Shown piece after piece: positions 35,201 to 48,454 of a stretch of DNA of 64,000 nucleotides. The DNA is from Takakia lepidozioides (Eukaryota > Plantae > Bryophyta). The DNA lies in the NCBI GenBank assembly GCA_030704615.1, contig CM060734.1, positions 26,722,001 through 26,786,000 of the forward strand, read 5' to 3'. Positions within the stretch are counted from its first letter, which is position 1. The number at the start of each line of letters is the position of its first letter. The notes under the pieces were generated by a model. It was not told the origin of the DNA. It was given only the letters and a program-made list of their open reading frames with translations, and ran no database searches. The position numbers and the translations under genes were made by a program.

Positions 35201-37860
35201 GTGTTTGGAGGGGAGAGGGTGGTAAGAGTAACGACCATGAGGGCAATGGGTGATGGGGGAGGGTTTCGTGATCTGTATAGCAGAGACAGCGTGCCGGTAG
35301 TAAATGTCGGTAGGTTATGAGATGTCGGTAGGGTACTTATCACCTTGGAGGGTGAGGGGTGAGCTAGTGAACCGGGGGTGTGGATGGGAATATAATTGTA
35401 GGTTGGGTGAGCTGATGGTATAGTAAAATAGAGAAGATTTATGTAATGCGTACTTTGGATATAGAGTGGCATTTTGGGAGGTAGGCTGTAGAATATTTGT
35501 AATGTATTGATAGTGCAGGGTGGATGGAGTACCGTATGAGAGAAAGGATTGGGTGGGCCTGGTAAGACTTTCTAGGTGAGGGGTAATGATTAGTAAAAGA
35601 GGGGGGTGACCTGTTGAGATTGACTACTGGCAAGATGACATGGGGATCAGATAATTTGGGGGTCAGTATCATAGTATTATGGTGATTATATGGGTGGGTT
35701 AGGGGTCTGATGTGGCTGTTATTAGGGGGATGAATGAGATTGTGGCGGGGTGGATGAGGTGATATTGCTTGGAAGGAACTTTTCAATTGATAAAAAGGAA
35801 TTAAGAGAGGGGAAATTGGGCAGTAGGTTATTAAATGGTAGGGGTGTATTTTTGTGACGTGACTGGGTGGGTGGGGTCTGACATAAGGGCAGCTAGGTGG
35901 CACGAGCAGGATGGAGTTGGGCCGGTTGAAGCCGTTAGGTGTTTTAGGGGTTGGGTAGGGCCTGCAACGGGTGTGGGGATATGACCGCGGAATGATTCAA
36001 ATTTAAAATGCTGAGGGTACATGGCGCAAGGTACGAGACAAGTGGGTGGGTGCAGGTCCTTGTGCGGTCTGCCGGCAGTGTGAAAGGGACTTGGGTATGG
36101 AGTCCGAGCGGGGTGGGATTGTGAGAGTTGTATTTGCGCAAGGTTGTGAGTCTGGCATCCAATGTGTGTGCAGAGGCGCGAGTGATTGGGGAGGTCGAGA
36201 TGAGTGTGCGAAGTCTGGGTGCGGGTGTGAGAGAGGGAGTGAGTGAGAAGAGATGAGCACTTGAGGTGGTTTGAGGTGATCAGGAGAGTACATGCAGTGT
36301 TCCGTGGGGTGAGCAGTGAGTAAGAGTGACCAAACTGATTATGTAGACACGAAGAGGGGAGAGAGGCGTACAGCCATAAGCGACTTTCGTTATGGTGGAA
36401 CAAAAATAGCATAGAAATCAGCATGGTGGCTGGTAGCAGAGAGAAGAGGGCTATCCGAAATCTAGCTATGAGGGATCTGAAGGAGCGGAACTTGTGTTTG
36501 CTAGACATATGCATTTGGGGGGAATTCAGTGAGGGTTAGAGTGTGAGGCTGGCCCGCGTTGGCGATGGTTGGGAGTGACTCGTCCACCTGTTCTGCTGAT
36601 GCATCCGTGATGGTGGCGCACTTCGCAAAGGTCCGAGGATGAAACGCCTCCTTGAGCGCGGGTGCAGCATGGGAGAAGACTTGAACGGGAGGTCGGTGAT
36701 ACGGAAGAAATGCAGCAGTCCCAGTCTGTGCTGTGTGTCCCTGGTCGTTGAGGGAACTAGGTCCGGGTAACTGTGGAAGCTTCGCCAACACCATATCTGC
36801 ATGGTGGTAGAAGTTTGCCAAATTCTGCCCCAAATTCTCGGAGATAGACTGGTGCAGGGAGATCATATAGGTGTGATATTCCTGCTGCTGCTGAGTGATG
36901 GAGTCAGAGAGCGTAGTTTCCATGGCAGAGATGTACTCATCGCGCAGGCCGTTCTTGAGAGAGATAGAGTGAGCCGCCAATTTCTTGTCTATCTCACTCA
37001 TCCAATCCACCTGGTCTGCAGTGCGCTTGGGAGCGGGCTAGATCGTGATAGATGCCACTGTATCAAGGAGTGCATGGTTGATGTTATCCACCTGCATTTT
37101 GTCGAGCAGCTCTTGTGATGGCGGTGTGCTGCCCTGCAGGCTGTTACGGTGCGGGGAGAGGGCGACGAAACGTCCATGCATAGCGATGTAGGGGACTTCA
37201 CACCATTTGGTGTATATAGTGGGGTTCGTACAGGTAATATGCATCATCCCTATGTGTTTCACTGTCTCTGGGGGAAGCATCTTGCAGAAATAAGTGTGGG
37301 AGATGTTGCTCTTACCAATCGCTTTGTGGAGCTCTTCCAGTATGTCCACCTGCAAGTGGATAAGGCTCAGATTCTTGGCCACAATAGTTAGCGCATCCTG
37401 CATCGCAATGGCCTCCTTGTCTGATACTCTAGCACCTGATCTGCTCTTCTTTTGAATCCTCACGACTGGTTTGATAAGGACGTTATCAATCCGAATGCCA
37501 AGCTCCATGATACGAGTGCGTGTGTCCTCTGTGGCTAGATTGATGAAGCCAAATGCAGATTCTGGATTGGGCTTGTGCACATGTAAAATTTCAAAGTTAT
37601 CGTCGTGGTCGAATGTTTCCGTGATAAAGTGCATGGTGGGCTCTGAGCTGAGAGCCCACCGTGCCTTGCAGGATGTCGTCCATGAAGTACAGGGAGAGTC
37701 GATCAGAGGAGGATAGAATATCATAGGCCTTTCCCGACTTTCCCTTGTAGCATGACCCCCGGTTCCATCTCCAGCACGAATGCCCTGTCCCCGCGTAGCA
37801 GGGCCAAACCCGTCCACCTCCGGATGCAGGAGCTCGATCTTGATTAGGCCCGACCAGATT
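35201..37860 (-). mobile_element. LINE 5' portion including ORF1 copy 4 (36501-37860)
   Basis: ORFs 37038-37817 and 36501-37010 closely resemble copy 3 (FEILHVHKPNPESAFGFINLATEDTRTRIMELGIRIDNVLIKP; DWMSEIDKKLAAHSISLK). Confidence 0.75.
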
Positions 37861-38079
37861 TTACTTCAAAACTTGTGGGAAAAAAAAAAGGAAAATCAGA
37901 AAGATTGTTTTGTGTGAGCACACAGTTTGAAATAGTTTTCACAATTTTGTCACTTGAGCGTATTTCGTTTCGCTGCAGCATTTTCTCAGGATATTTTAGG
38001 AATCTATAAAATATTCTAGTTTGCTTGCATGAGCATGCTCACACACTACCCAACCTCATGGCGAGTAGCCTAATGGTAA

Positions 38080-38648
38080 GAGCATCTCCACGGTGTCACC
38101 TGCCCAAAAACGGCAATGTAGCATGGCGGGGTCCTAAAAAGCCGCGGAGGTTGCTCCAAGGCTGCCTAAGCCCGGTAGAATTGCTTTAGGCCCCGCCTCA
38201 AATCTGCCTCCCGCATGGCACTTTTGCCAAACATACACGGACCCGCCAACCACTGTACATTAAATTTTAAGTCAAGAGATATAAAGGTGGACGCGTTGCC
38301 GAAGCAAGCGTAAGTTATGGTGTCACTTGACCCCGAAGGGCTACAGCCTTCCGGTAGGAAGGTGGACACCTTTGTAACAACCAACAGGGTGGTTTGAACC
38401 CACAACCACTTGTGAGAGGGTATATGCCCTTACCACTGGGCTACATGTTGGTTGTCAAGAGATATACTGTTAGCTGTCAACGCTCCAAGATTGTGATCTG
38501 GCCGCAGGCCTGCCTTGGGGCTATCTCTGCCGGGTCTGCTACCGTCCCAACCGTGGAGTGCCGACCAAACCATCATTGTTAAAAATACCGTCCCCCCCTT
38601 AAACAGGGTATATAACGTTTGACGGCCCTGCTCACCGTGGAGATGCTC
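38080..38648. mobile_element. PIF/Harbinger (Tourist-like) MITE with 16-bp TIRs and TAA TSD
   Basis: GAGCATCTCCACGGTG (38080-38095) and CACCGTGGAGATGCTC (38633-38648); TAA at 38077-38079 and 38649-38651. Confidence 0.9.
38284..38456 (-). mobile_element. tRNA-derived SINE copy 2, nested in the MITE
   Basis: A box TAGCCCAGTGG (38443-38433), B box GGTTCAAACC (38400-38391); AAGAGATATA duplicated at 38274-38283 and 38457-38466. Confidence 0.85.
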
Positions 38649-39374
38649 TAAGATGGCAGTAATATAGAAAGGTAAAGATAAAGTTTCTTTATACATAGCA
38701 AGTGTCCCCCCGGGATGGGGAGCCTCCTAGCCCTTGGCACTCTCCTGTGGAGGGTGACGACTTGGACATCAAATGGCGTCATAAGAAAAACTGACCCTCC
38801 AAGGTGCAAGCTCATTTGAATTTCGAGCCGTTTCGCCGAAAACGTTGATCTCTCAGTTACTGCCGGGACCGTTTTGAAACTTATTTTAGTTTCTAGCTTC
38901 TTCATTGTCCCTTACACCTTCATACTGCCTTAGCACTTTCATTTCATTTTGTTACACAAGCCTGCCTCCTTCACTTCTTTACACCTTCTCCCCTCCTTCT
39001 ACACAGATGTCTCCCCCTTCAATCTTCTATCTTAGTATCTTGTACGGACCAGGTCTAGCTAGCCTCGTCTTTTGTCTCATGTCTTAGCTTCAGCCCTGGG
39101 GGCTTGCCTGGGTGTCACCCCATCTTCATGATGTAGCCTCATGGTTTTCTGATGCTGGTTATTTTTCCAGCTCGTACCTCCTTGCCGCTGGCATCATGGC
39201 TCCCATCCGCTGGCATCAATGATGTGGGCTCCAAATGATTATTTTTTCCACTTTTGTACCCTCTTTTTTTCAATAAAATTTCTCCGGGCCTCCGTCCCCC
39301 TGTTCCTGAAAAATAGATATTATTAAAAACAGAAAAAAAAACAAGTGTCAGGTTCGATTCTTGATGGGTGGCTA

Positions 39375-39985
39375 GTGTAACCCAAGCTAATGTAACTTGA
39401 GGTCTGTGCAACTCCAACTGGTGTAACCCTAGGTAGTGTCACCGTGTAACTCCTCTAATCCCTTATATTTAGCCAAAAAATTTGGACAGTCAAATTTTGA
39501 GACCAAGGGTGAGTTACACTTACACTCCCTTCTATGTAACCCCGAATGGAGTTATACTCTATGTGTAACCTGGTGTAACCCCAAGTGGAGTTACACTCCC
39601 CACCGTGTAACCCAGCGTAAACGTGAGTGGAGTTTTTACACTCCAAGTGTCACCCGATTGGAGCTACTCTCACTTCGGTTCCATGTCACTCTCAAGAAAG
39701 GTGGGCAAAATTTGACATGCTCGAAACTGCCTTACCGTCCTGTCAGAGATTGCACGTGTGCATTAGTTCTTACATTATTCCTAGTGTTCTCCATTTTATA
39801 CCTAGCAAATTTCATAACACCAAGTGGGAGTTACACCGATTGGAGTGACACTCCCTTCTGTGTTACCCCTCTTGATGTCACCCCAGTCTGTGTCACTCTC
39901 AAGAGGGGGTGGGGAAGATTTGACATGCCGCAGAACCAGCAACTGTCCTCTCAGTGTGTTCTTACATTATTATTAGTGTTCTTAT
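39375..39985. repeat. Cluster of direct/inverted gtgtaacc / ggagttacac motifs plus ~100-bp duplication; subterminal-repeat-like
   Basis: Motif recurs many times; tgtcactctcaaga..ggtggg..atttgacatgc..ttcttacattatt..tagtgttct at ~39684 and ~39891. Confidence 0.65.
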
Positions 39986-42900
39986 TTCGTTTACTAATTT
40001 CAGATATATGCAATTGCTGGTCTAAAACTTCCTGTTCGCTCGTCAAAGTTTCGTTCGCTCCTCGTTCGTTTGCCCAGATGGATGTGGAAAGATCGATCTG
40101 TAGCATTCCTTCCAGTTGAGCGTCGGCTCGCTGCACGCATGCCGGCAGATACAGGGGATTTGCGCTGCATCCCAGCTACAGAGGGATGGCGTTGATGACC
40201 TCTGCGTTGGGTAGCGAGGTGGGTTTCTATTCGCTTTGGTCTCTTCCATTCGTTTCATTCTTTTCAAGTATTGCATTGAAGTAGAAAATTCCCGTTTTGT
40301 GTGTTTTTTTTTGTTTTCACGTTGTTTCTGGGATCTCCAAGGTGAATTCAAGCGGGATTGGCTGGAAGTAAGGTGAGGGTGTGCTTCTGGAGTGTTTCTC
40401 GCAGGTAGGATTGCGGCTGCTTCTGTCCCCTGCTGCATCCCATGTCATAGTGCGCACGGCGTGGTAAGTCACCTATCGACGCGTCACTCCTTCCCCGTGC
40501 ATATGGCGGTCGGCACCTTCTTTTAGAAAGGTTTTCGTGTACTTCGGACACGAACAAGGTAATGCGACGTTCAGCTGCACGGTGGCTGGTGTAGAGGGTT
40601 TCGCTACGGCGATATATTATTCCAGTAGGCCTGAGTTCTGACTTAGCGTTGTACCCTCTACTTTTGAAGTGGATCAGACCTCAGCGTTATGTTGACTAAT
40701 GACTGGTTTAAAACCTTCTGTCATCTGGGCATTGCAACAGAACTTGGGTCTGTCATTTCCTGCTTTTTTAAGGTCTGTGCTCCAGAAGGTAATCAATGGT
40801 TGCTGGCATGTGCAGCACGGTAGTGGGAGTTGGATTTCCGGTGTACTCTACACACAAGGCAATTGAACAAAAAGATCACATAGAACAGGAGCGGTGGCTG
40901 GTCTATTGGGCAGGTGGTGTTCAGTCCGTCTTTCTTCTTTCATATTGGTGAAATGCTTGCTCTCTGGGTGGTTGTGATGGGAGGGGGATAAAGATGTGTG
41001 GAGCATGCTATCAGCCTGGTGAAGGCTTGCACTTTTAGGTGTGGGAGTGCAAGGATGATGCAATCACTGATGGTTCCTTGCAAAATTTATGTAACTAACC
41101 CTCCTGATCCCGCTGTGGGGTTTCTTCCTACCGGGGTATGAGAGAGAGGGGGAGGGGGTACGCTATCAGGGGGCAGAGGGTTCATGTGGCAAAGTACAAA
41201 GTTCATGCTATCATAGATTTATTTGACTAATCGATATGGGGGATTGCAGTGTACGGGTGCTTCAGTGTGGCTGAAGTGTTTTCCGACAAGCTGCTGTCTT
41301 GGTAATTTACCCCCTTAACTTGGCTGGGCTGGGGAGCATAAGCCCGTGTACTTTCAACCACAATTTTGCTCTGCAGTATCTCGACCCTATTGCTTTTTCA
41401 CCCTGCATGTACTGGTATGTCTTCCTGAACCTCTGAACCTACATCAATTAATTATGAGCTGTTTGGTGATTGTATTGATGGGCTTGCAACTGTGTCCCAT
41501 GTTTTGACCATCCCCGCAGGTTTCCTTGCTACTATCATGCTAAATTTGTGTTTCTGGTTTGGCTTCAGCTTCCAAGTAACTTTGTATGTATTCTCTCCCT
41601 GCTTCTCCCCCACCCACCCATCCATCTCTCCCCCTGTCTACAAGGCTGTGGCAAACAACATCTTATGAGTACATTCTCTCCCTCTCTTTTGTTTTGGTCA
41701 CACCTATTCACCAACTTTTAAGATCTCGAGGCTTGAGCCTAAAGCCCTGGGTGCTGTTAGAGTCTAACTTTTCGCCTGCTCACACACAGCAGATTGATGC
41801 TTGTGTGAAGGGCTTACTAGAGGATATCTGGAAAGCCCAAACTATTTGTTTATATGAAGGTAAGTCACATGACTGGAGTGAGCCTCTCACAAAAGTAGTG
41901 CCTATTGTGTCTGTCCAAATTGGGCGCGGGGTCTATGGCCACGCGGCTACGGCAAACAACGTCTTTCTCTTCCCTCCTTTGCACGCTTGGTACGCCCGGA
42001 AGACAACCATAGCACTGGCTTCTTTCTATCCCAAGCACTAGATTAAACATGCACTTTCCTGTGAAGTCCATTCCTTAGATAAAAATGTCTTTCCGTATTT
42101 AACATTTGCACCTGAACCTAAATTAATTTAAAAGTTGTGGCTAATGGTGATTGCCTTTCTAAAGGACGTCTGGAGGGTTAAATTTAGTCTCCCTTACAAA
42201 GTCACTGCCTATTGTTGGAATGAACCTTCTATGCTAACAGTGGTTTCTCTTGGCCCCTGTCTCTATCCTTCCTCCCTCCTTCCTGCTCTGGTCAAATAGT
42301 TTGGAGCTGTATGGCCACAGGTTACAGGGAGTCTGGTTGAAAAAGTCTGGCTCTTTTTTCCCTTCAGTTTGTTGAAATAGGCATAATGTGGTTTAAACTG
42401 TGAGGATGGAGATATCTCGATACTCATAAGCATATTTGTATGGATGGGTGTATATAGGGAGCACGACATGTGTACTTCAATCTGCTACGCCCTTTTCTAG
42501 TCAAGCATCAAGTGAGGCTCGACCGCATTCTGGATGTCACTCGCAGTGAGATGGTGAGATGGTTGCTTGTGGCTGTGGCCTATCTGTGTATACTGCCTCC
42601 ATTGGTACAAGTGCTAGCTCTTTTAACGCTAGGTTTTGTTTTCATCCACATATCATTACTGACTAAAAACAGAATGCCTGGTTTCTTGTGGTTTTATCCC
42701 CCTAGATTAGGTTGCTCTCCATATGGTTGCCAAATTTCTCATTGGACAATTGCATTTGGACAAAGTACTTCGAGATTCATTGGCAGGATTGCTTAGATTT
42801 GGAGGCAGGTGATCAGGCTAACATTTATCAGTGTTGGGCGATGCTCTTTCCTGCTGGCCTACAGTGGTTTGAAGGTGGACTGTAGCTGCATTATACAGTT

Positions 42901-45900
42901 GCTTGCATGGTGTGTTCTGTTTTGTTGGGTTGTGTGTTAATGTCTATAGAAATTTGTGGGTTGGATTTTCATTTGGTTCTGGAATTATTCATTTGGTTGT
43001 CTTTAGGGTCATTTGCGAAGTGAGGGCAATTTTTGATGTATTTATGGTGATGTTTTGAGCGTTTATGAATTCAGAGCAAGTTCGTTGTAAGTCACCAACA
43101 GGAGATTCAGACAGTCAAGCACATTTTGCAAAAGTTGGTTTCCACAGGCAAGTTCAACTTACTGAACTCCTGACCTTGTGGTAGGTTCTTAGGCCAGCGT
43201 TTTACCTGCAAGCTTTTGGTTCTTGTGCAGAGGGTTTTACCGTAATCTTGAGGGCATTACTAATTATGCACCCTTGCTGAGGTCATTACAGTTTGCAAAA
43301 TGCATTGTAATACTGCCAGAATGTATGGAAGGACTGTGCTGATACATCTATCCACTTTCATGTAATATGTAATATAGCAAGTTTATGTGTTTGTTTAGAA
43401 TGGATGTGATAGGGGGTCTTACCTCATTGAAGTACTGATAGGAGGGACACTACTTGGATGTGGTTGATCACAGTGTATCTGGCAACAAAAGATGTTTTGC
43501 AAATGTCAAGAGCTCTTGAGGGCGGCAGACCTGGGTCAAGCAGATCAAGCACTAATGGCAACCAAGACAACAATTCGTTCCCCACATCTAATTGACCAGG
43601 AAACAGCCCTCCAGCAGATGATTCTGGAGGGATCTACACAGATCATCCCAGGTCTTCAGGATAGTGCTTTTTGCAGGTTTTTGGGCTTCTGATTGCAAGC
43701 ATGTTGTTCCCAAAGATTGGTTAAGGTCCAAATCATTCTGTTCAGATTTTAGACATAGTTTAAGCCCAATAATGTTGGATTTAAAGAGGACTCGAATATC
43801 ATGTTTTATAATTTTTGAGCCCTTCTAACTTCTAACATTTCTGACCTGTTAGTTCCTCTTACTTTTCCATGCCCAACTTGGCCGAGTCATTGTAATTATG
43901 AAGTCGCTATCAACTCTTTTTAATTATGGAGTCCTGTAGGTTTACAAGATTATTTTTATGTCAAGTTTGCTAAAAATATGTATGCATCTTTCCTGATACC
44001 TTTTTTTGTGTCAGATTATAATCAGACACTAGATGGGTGCAACCTCACTACACACACACACCCCCCTCCCCCCCCCCCCCCCAACCCAAAAAACCAAACA
44101 AATCTACCTACCCCCACTCACTAACCCACCAGCATCCCATACCTCATTACATCCATCCTTACGACACCCAATGCCATCTAATTCATCCTGCGGTTCTCTC
44201 ATCCCAACCACTGCCAGAACACATCCATCCTGGCCACTCCCATACTCCCTAACACCATCCACTATTCACATTACATCCCTCATCTCCCATCAGCCCACCT
44301 TCCCCGCCTGCCCCAAAATAGTACATCAACTAATTTCCGCTATTGGCCTCCACCGCATGAGTAACGGCTAAGTGCTAGTACCACGAAGGAAGGGTAGCTT
44401 AAGCCACGACGGGATTAGGCAGGTAGTGATTTACTTCACACTACCCCGCCACGAGGCAGAAATGGCTAAGTGCTCGGCACTTAGCAGCAGCAGAGGACGG
44501 GCCACACTACCACGTGGAGCAGTAGTAGGTAGTGTAGCAGCCGTGGGCCGTGAACCACGATATCACACGACCACGGTAGCATAGGCTTTACTAGTAGGAG
44601 GAATAGTGAGGGACCATGGGCCGTGTACCACTAAGGCACACGACCACGAGCCACTACCACGGGCCATTTTTTTGGCAAACCTTTTAGGTTGCATAGGCAG
44701 TTAGGCAACGGTCAGTAACGACCGCAAGCTGTAAACGGCTCTTTCGAGCAGAGTATTAAAGGACTACATGCAACTTAGGAAGTATCAGTGTATCAGTGTG
44801 GAATCAGGGCGATTCAATGTGTACTTGTGCTATGATGTGGTGACTCTAGAGTAAAGCCATGCTTTTCCAAGTACTTATGTGTAGAGTGATTGTGAAATGG
44901 AGAGAATGTGTATCATCTCTGAATGGATCTTCTCTACGATTGCATAGACTGCTGTAGGCTTAGATAGAACTTAGTCATAGCTGTAGTAATACAGCTATGC
45001 CTAAGTTCCTAGCATGACTGATTAGTTACCAGACTTAAGCAGTACCAGGGATGTTGATTCATGGAACACGAATATTCCATACCCATTGACGATCACTCGG
45101 TAATTGTCCTGTGCAGATCTATTGCGGGCTAGACCAGAACCCCTTATAAATGTTTATGGATATGGAGGCTACATATCTTCATCACCCTACTTGTAACAGA
45201 TCCACCAAGCCATAGCCCACCCAAACTGGAGCAGTTGGCAAGAAGATAGGCCCATTTGAGTACCTACACGTTCGGAAACTTAAACAACAAGTGCAGATCT
45301 GTTGGGAGCCAGACCACAACCCCTTAAAAAAACTCCAAAGCTTTGGAGGCCACCATATATTTATCACACTAGTTGTTAGAAATGTGCCAAGCCATAGCAC
45401 ACCGTGCAAATAGAGGAATTGGCAAGAAGATAGGCCCATCAAAGTAGTTGAACGTCTTGTCATGGTTTTGTTTTTTATTAGTTAGAAATAGTTATTTCTA
45501 GCTAATTAAGACATTATACATTTATATTTGTATTTTGTTGGCATTGGGATTTCATTTGGTTCCATGTGCCAAGTGAGGTGACAAACCTCATTTGGGACGT
45601 GGAGATGTTATCTCCACGTGAGATGTAGGCAGGCTCGTCTTATTCTAGTCGAGCCTCCCGAGGCCTCTCTCGCCGCCATAGCTCTAGTACTTGAGATGGA
45701 GAGTGGGTGAGGTTTGTATGGTGGAGTCATTTAGCAAATGTGCCATTGGCTTGACTTATATAACGTGATAGAGTGGTTTCTCCTCTTTTCACCATTTCCG
45801 TATCGCTAGAAGAAGACCTGCTTACAACTATGAGTGCAAGGTGTTAGCATAGTTAGCACTTGTATGTGGAAGAGAGCTTGATAAATAGCTCTTAAGTTAC

Positions 45901-46659
45901 AAGGTGTTGCAGGGTTTGCAAGAAGAAAGCCTTGTGGTGTTAATGTACAAGAGGAGGTCTTCAAGGAGAGTTTGAGAGCTTGTGAAGAAGCTCTTGTTCT
46001 GCAAGTGTTGCAGGGTTTGATGAGTTCAAGAAGAGCTCGGGTGTTAAGGGAGCAAGCGGTGCATGTGTAGAGCATGGTTTCAGCTTGTGGGAGTCTTCAA
46101 CTTCAAGCTTATGAGAGCTATGAATGGAGATAGACATCTGATTTCTCTTTAAGACAGAATAGTGTATTTGTAGAGCATGCTTTGAGTTGGGGTTTCAATC
46201 CCAAGCTTGGGAAGAGCATGTCTATGGAAGTGGCAAGTGCAGGGCTGGATTAGGAGCTCTAAGAGGTGCACTATGGCCATCGAAGGAAGCACTATGAGTG
46301 CATACGATGGCTAGAAGAGGGTATGTCATAGAAGCTCAATAGCTTATTCTATGCTTGTTTCAATAAGTTCCATAGAGAAAGAGAGCTTGTTGTGTGGCAA
46401 ATAGCTTGTTCAGGGAGTTAGAGGCACTCTTGGTGGTCTATTGATGCTCAAGAAACCAAGAACAGCACCTCTGGTTGCTCCATAGAAGCCATAGCTCGTT
46501 GCAGCAATCGCAGAGGCAAAGCGGCGCAAACCCTAGCTTGGGAACGCGTGGGAACGCTTGGGAACGCATGTGAACTCCTTGGGAATTCGAGGGAATGCGT
46601 AGGAACGCTTGGGAACTCGTGGGAACATTGTCCCAGAGTTGGGAGCACCACCATTGTCC

Positions 46660-47690
46660 CATCGGATGAACTATTGAGCCAGTGGATGAAAATCGGCACT
46701 CCTAGATGAGAATCGGTTGCAGTGGATGAAACTGCGCCAGAGGATGAAATCTTGTCAGCGGATGAACTATCGCACTATCGGATGAAAAATCGTGGCAACA
46801 GATGAAACTGCATCAGCGGATGAACTATCGCGCTATTGGATGAAAAATCGATGTGACGGATGAAACTGCGTCAGCGGATGAACTATCGTGCCATCGGATG
46901 AAAAATCGCGGCGAAGGATGAAACTGCGCCAGTGGATGAAATATCGCACTGACGGATGAACTATCGTGGCTGATGAAATATCGGACCTGCGGATGAGAAA
47001 TCGCGGTTTTGGATGAAATTCGGTCAGTGATGGATGAAAAATTGACTGACCGTGGATATTTTTGGAGCCTTGGGGGGGGCTTGTTTGAGGACTATTTGGG
47101 ATCTATTGAGGCCAATATCTAGCAGGTATTGGGGCCTGTTTGAGGACTATTTGGGGTCTATTGAGGCCAATATCTAGCAGGTATTGGGGCCTGCTTTGAG
47201 GACTATTTGGGGTCTATTGAGGCCAATATCTTGCAGGTATTGGGGCCTGCTTTGAGAATTATTTGGGGTCTATTGAAGCCAATATCTTGCAGGCTTGTGG
47301 AGCCTGCTTAGGGCTCTTTGAAGGACTATTTGGGGTCCTTTGAGGCCAATGTTTTGCAGGCCTGTAGAGCCTTGTGAGGGCTGGTTGGAGGACGATTGGA
47401 GGTCCTTAGAGGCCCATATTGGGCAGACTTATGGAACTTTCTAAGAGCTCTTTGGGGGACTATTGGAGGTCCTTGGAGGCCAATACTTGGCAAATTTGAG
47501 GAGCTTCTTAAGGGCTGTTGGAGGACTGTTGGAGGTCCTTGGAGGCCAATACTTGGCAGATAAGTGGAGCTTCTTAAGGGCTGTTTGGAGGACTATTGGA
47601 GGTCCTTGGATGCCATATTGGGCAGGCTTGTGGAGCCATTGTGAGGGCTGGTTGGAGACCTTGGAGGCCACTAATTGGCGGGCGCCTAGG
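46660..47690. repeat. Two tandem arrays in the LTR/leader of copy B: ~20-bp ggatgaa units, then ~55-70-bp gaggactatt..gaggccaata units
   Basis: Seen directly at 46660-47040 and 47070-47690; copy A has different sequence at the equivalent position. Confidence 0.85.
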
Positions 47691-48454
47691 GCCTTTGGGT
47701 GGACTGTTTAGAGTCCAAGTTTGCGAATTTCTTGAACCTCGGTGGGTTTATGTGAGGGGCTGATTGAGGGCAGATTTCAGAAGTTCATGGCAATAATTTG
47801 AGGGCTCTTGAGAGTTATTTGAGAGGTTCTTTAAGGATAGCCTTGTTTATTGCTCAAGCAAGAGTGAGTGTGAAGATAGGGGGAGTAATGGGATGAGAGC
47901 ATTCTGGGCTTAGAGATTGCTTTAGCTTCTCTTCTCTATAGTCTTCCATCATTCGTGTAGGCCAAAGCTTTTCCGTAAGCGGAGGCAAAGCTGGTTTGGA
48001 TAGAGACTTGGCCATCTTGTAGGTTTATTGAAGCCGCAAAGAGATCGATTGATTTAAATTGTGGGAGGTGTTGTTGTTTGAGTTTCTTGTGTTTTGATCC
48101 TCCTCCCACACATGCATGCTTGATTGTGCGTCATGCTAGTTTGGTTTGGGCGCTTGCTTTTATAGGTGGTTGTGCCGGAAATATTGTGGCCGGCCAATCT
48201 TAGAGCGTGCTGTCGGTGGTGAGGCTGGGGTGATGACCAGCAGACCATCATTGTTTCCCTTATGGTGAGGCTGGGTTGATGACCAGCAGACCATAGGAGT
48301 GCCTGCGGTGGATGCAGGTGTAGGTGCAGGTTCAGAATATGAACCTAGTATTCCAAACCATAAGCCGCAACAGGTTCTCTACCCGGTTACCTTGTGGAAA
48401 GGGGGATTAGAGACAAGCTGATAGTCGGTTTGAGTGTGAGTTTTCATCACAGAG

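Noticed and set aside
39990-44030. Intact host protein-coding gene
   Set aside because: Gene-like composition and some splice-like sites, but no coherent exon chain or recognisable protein
48415-48435. Primer binding site of the DNMT-gypsy
   Set aside because: No TGG-initiated tRNA-complementary sequence conserved between copies A and B could be identified
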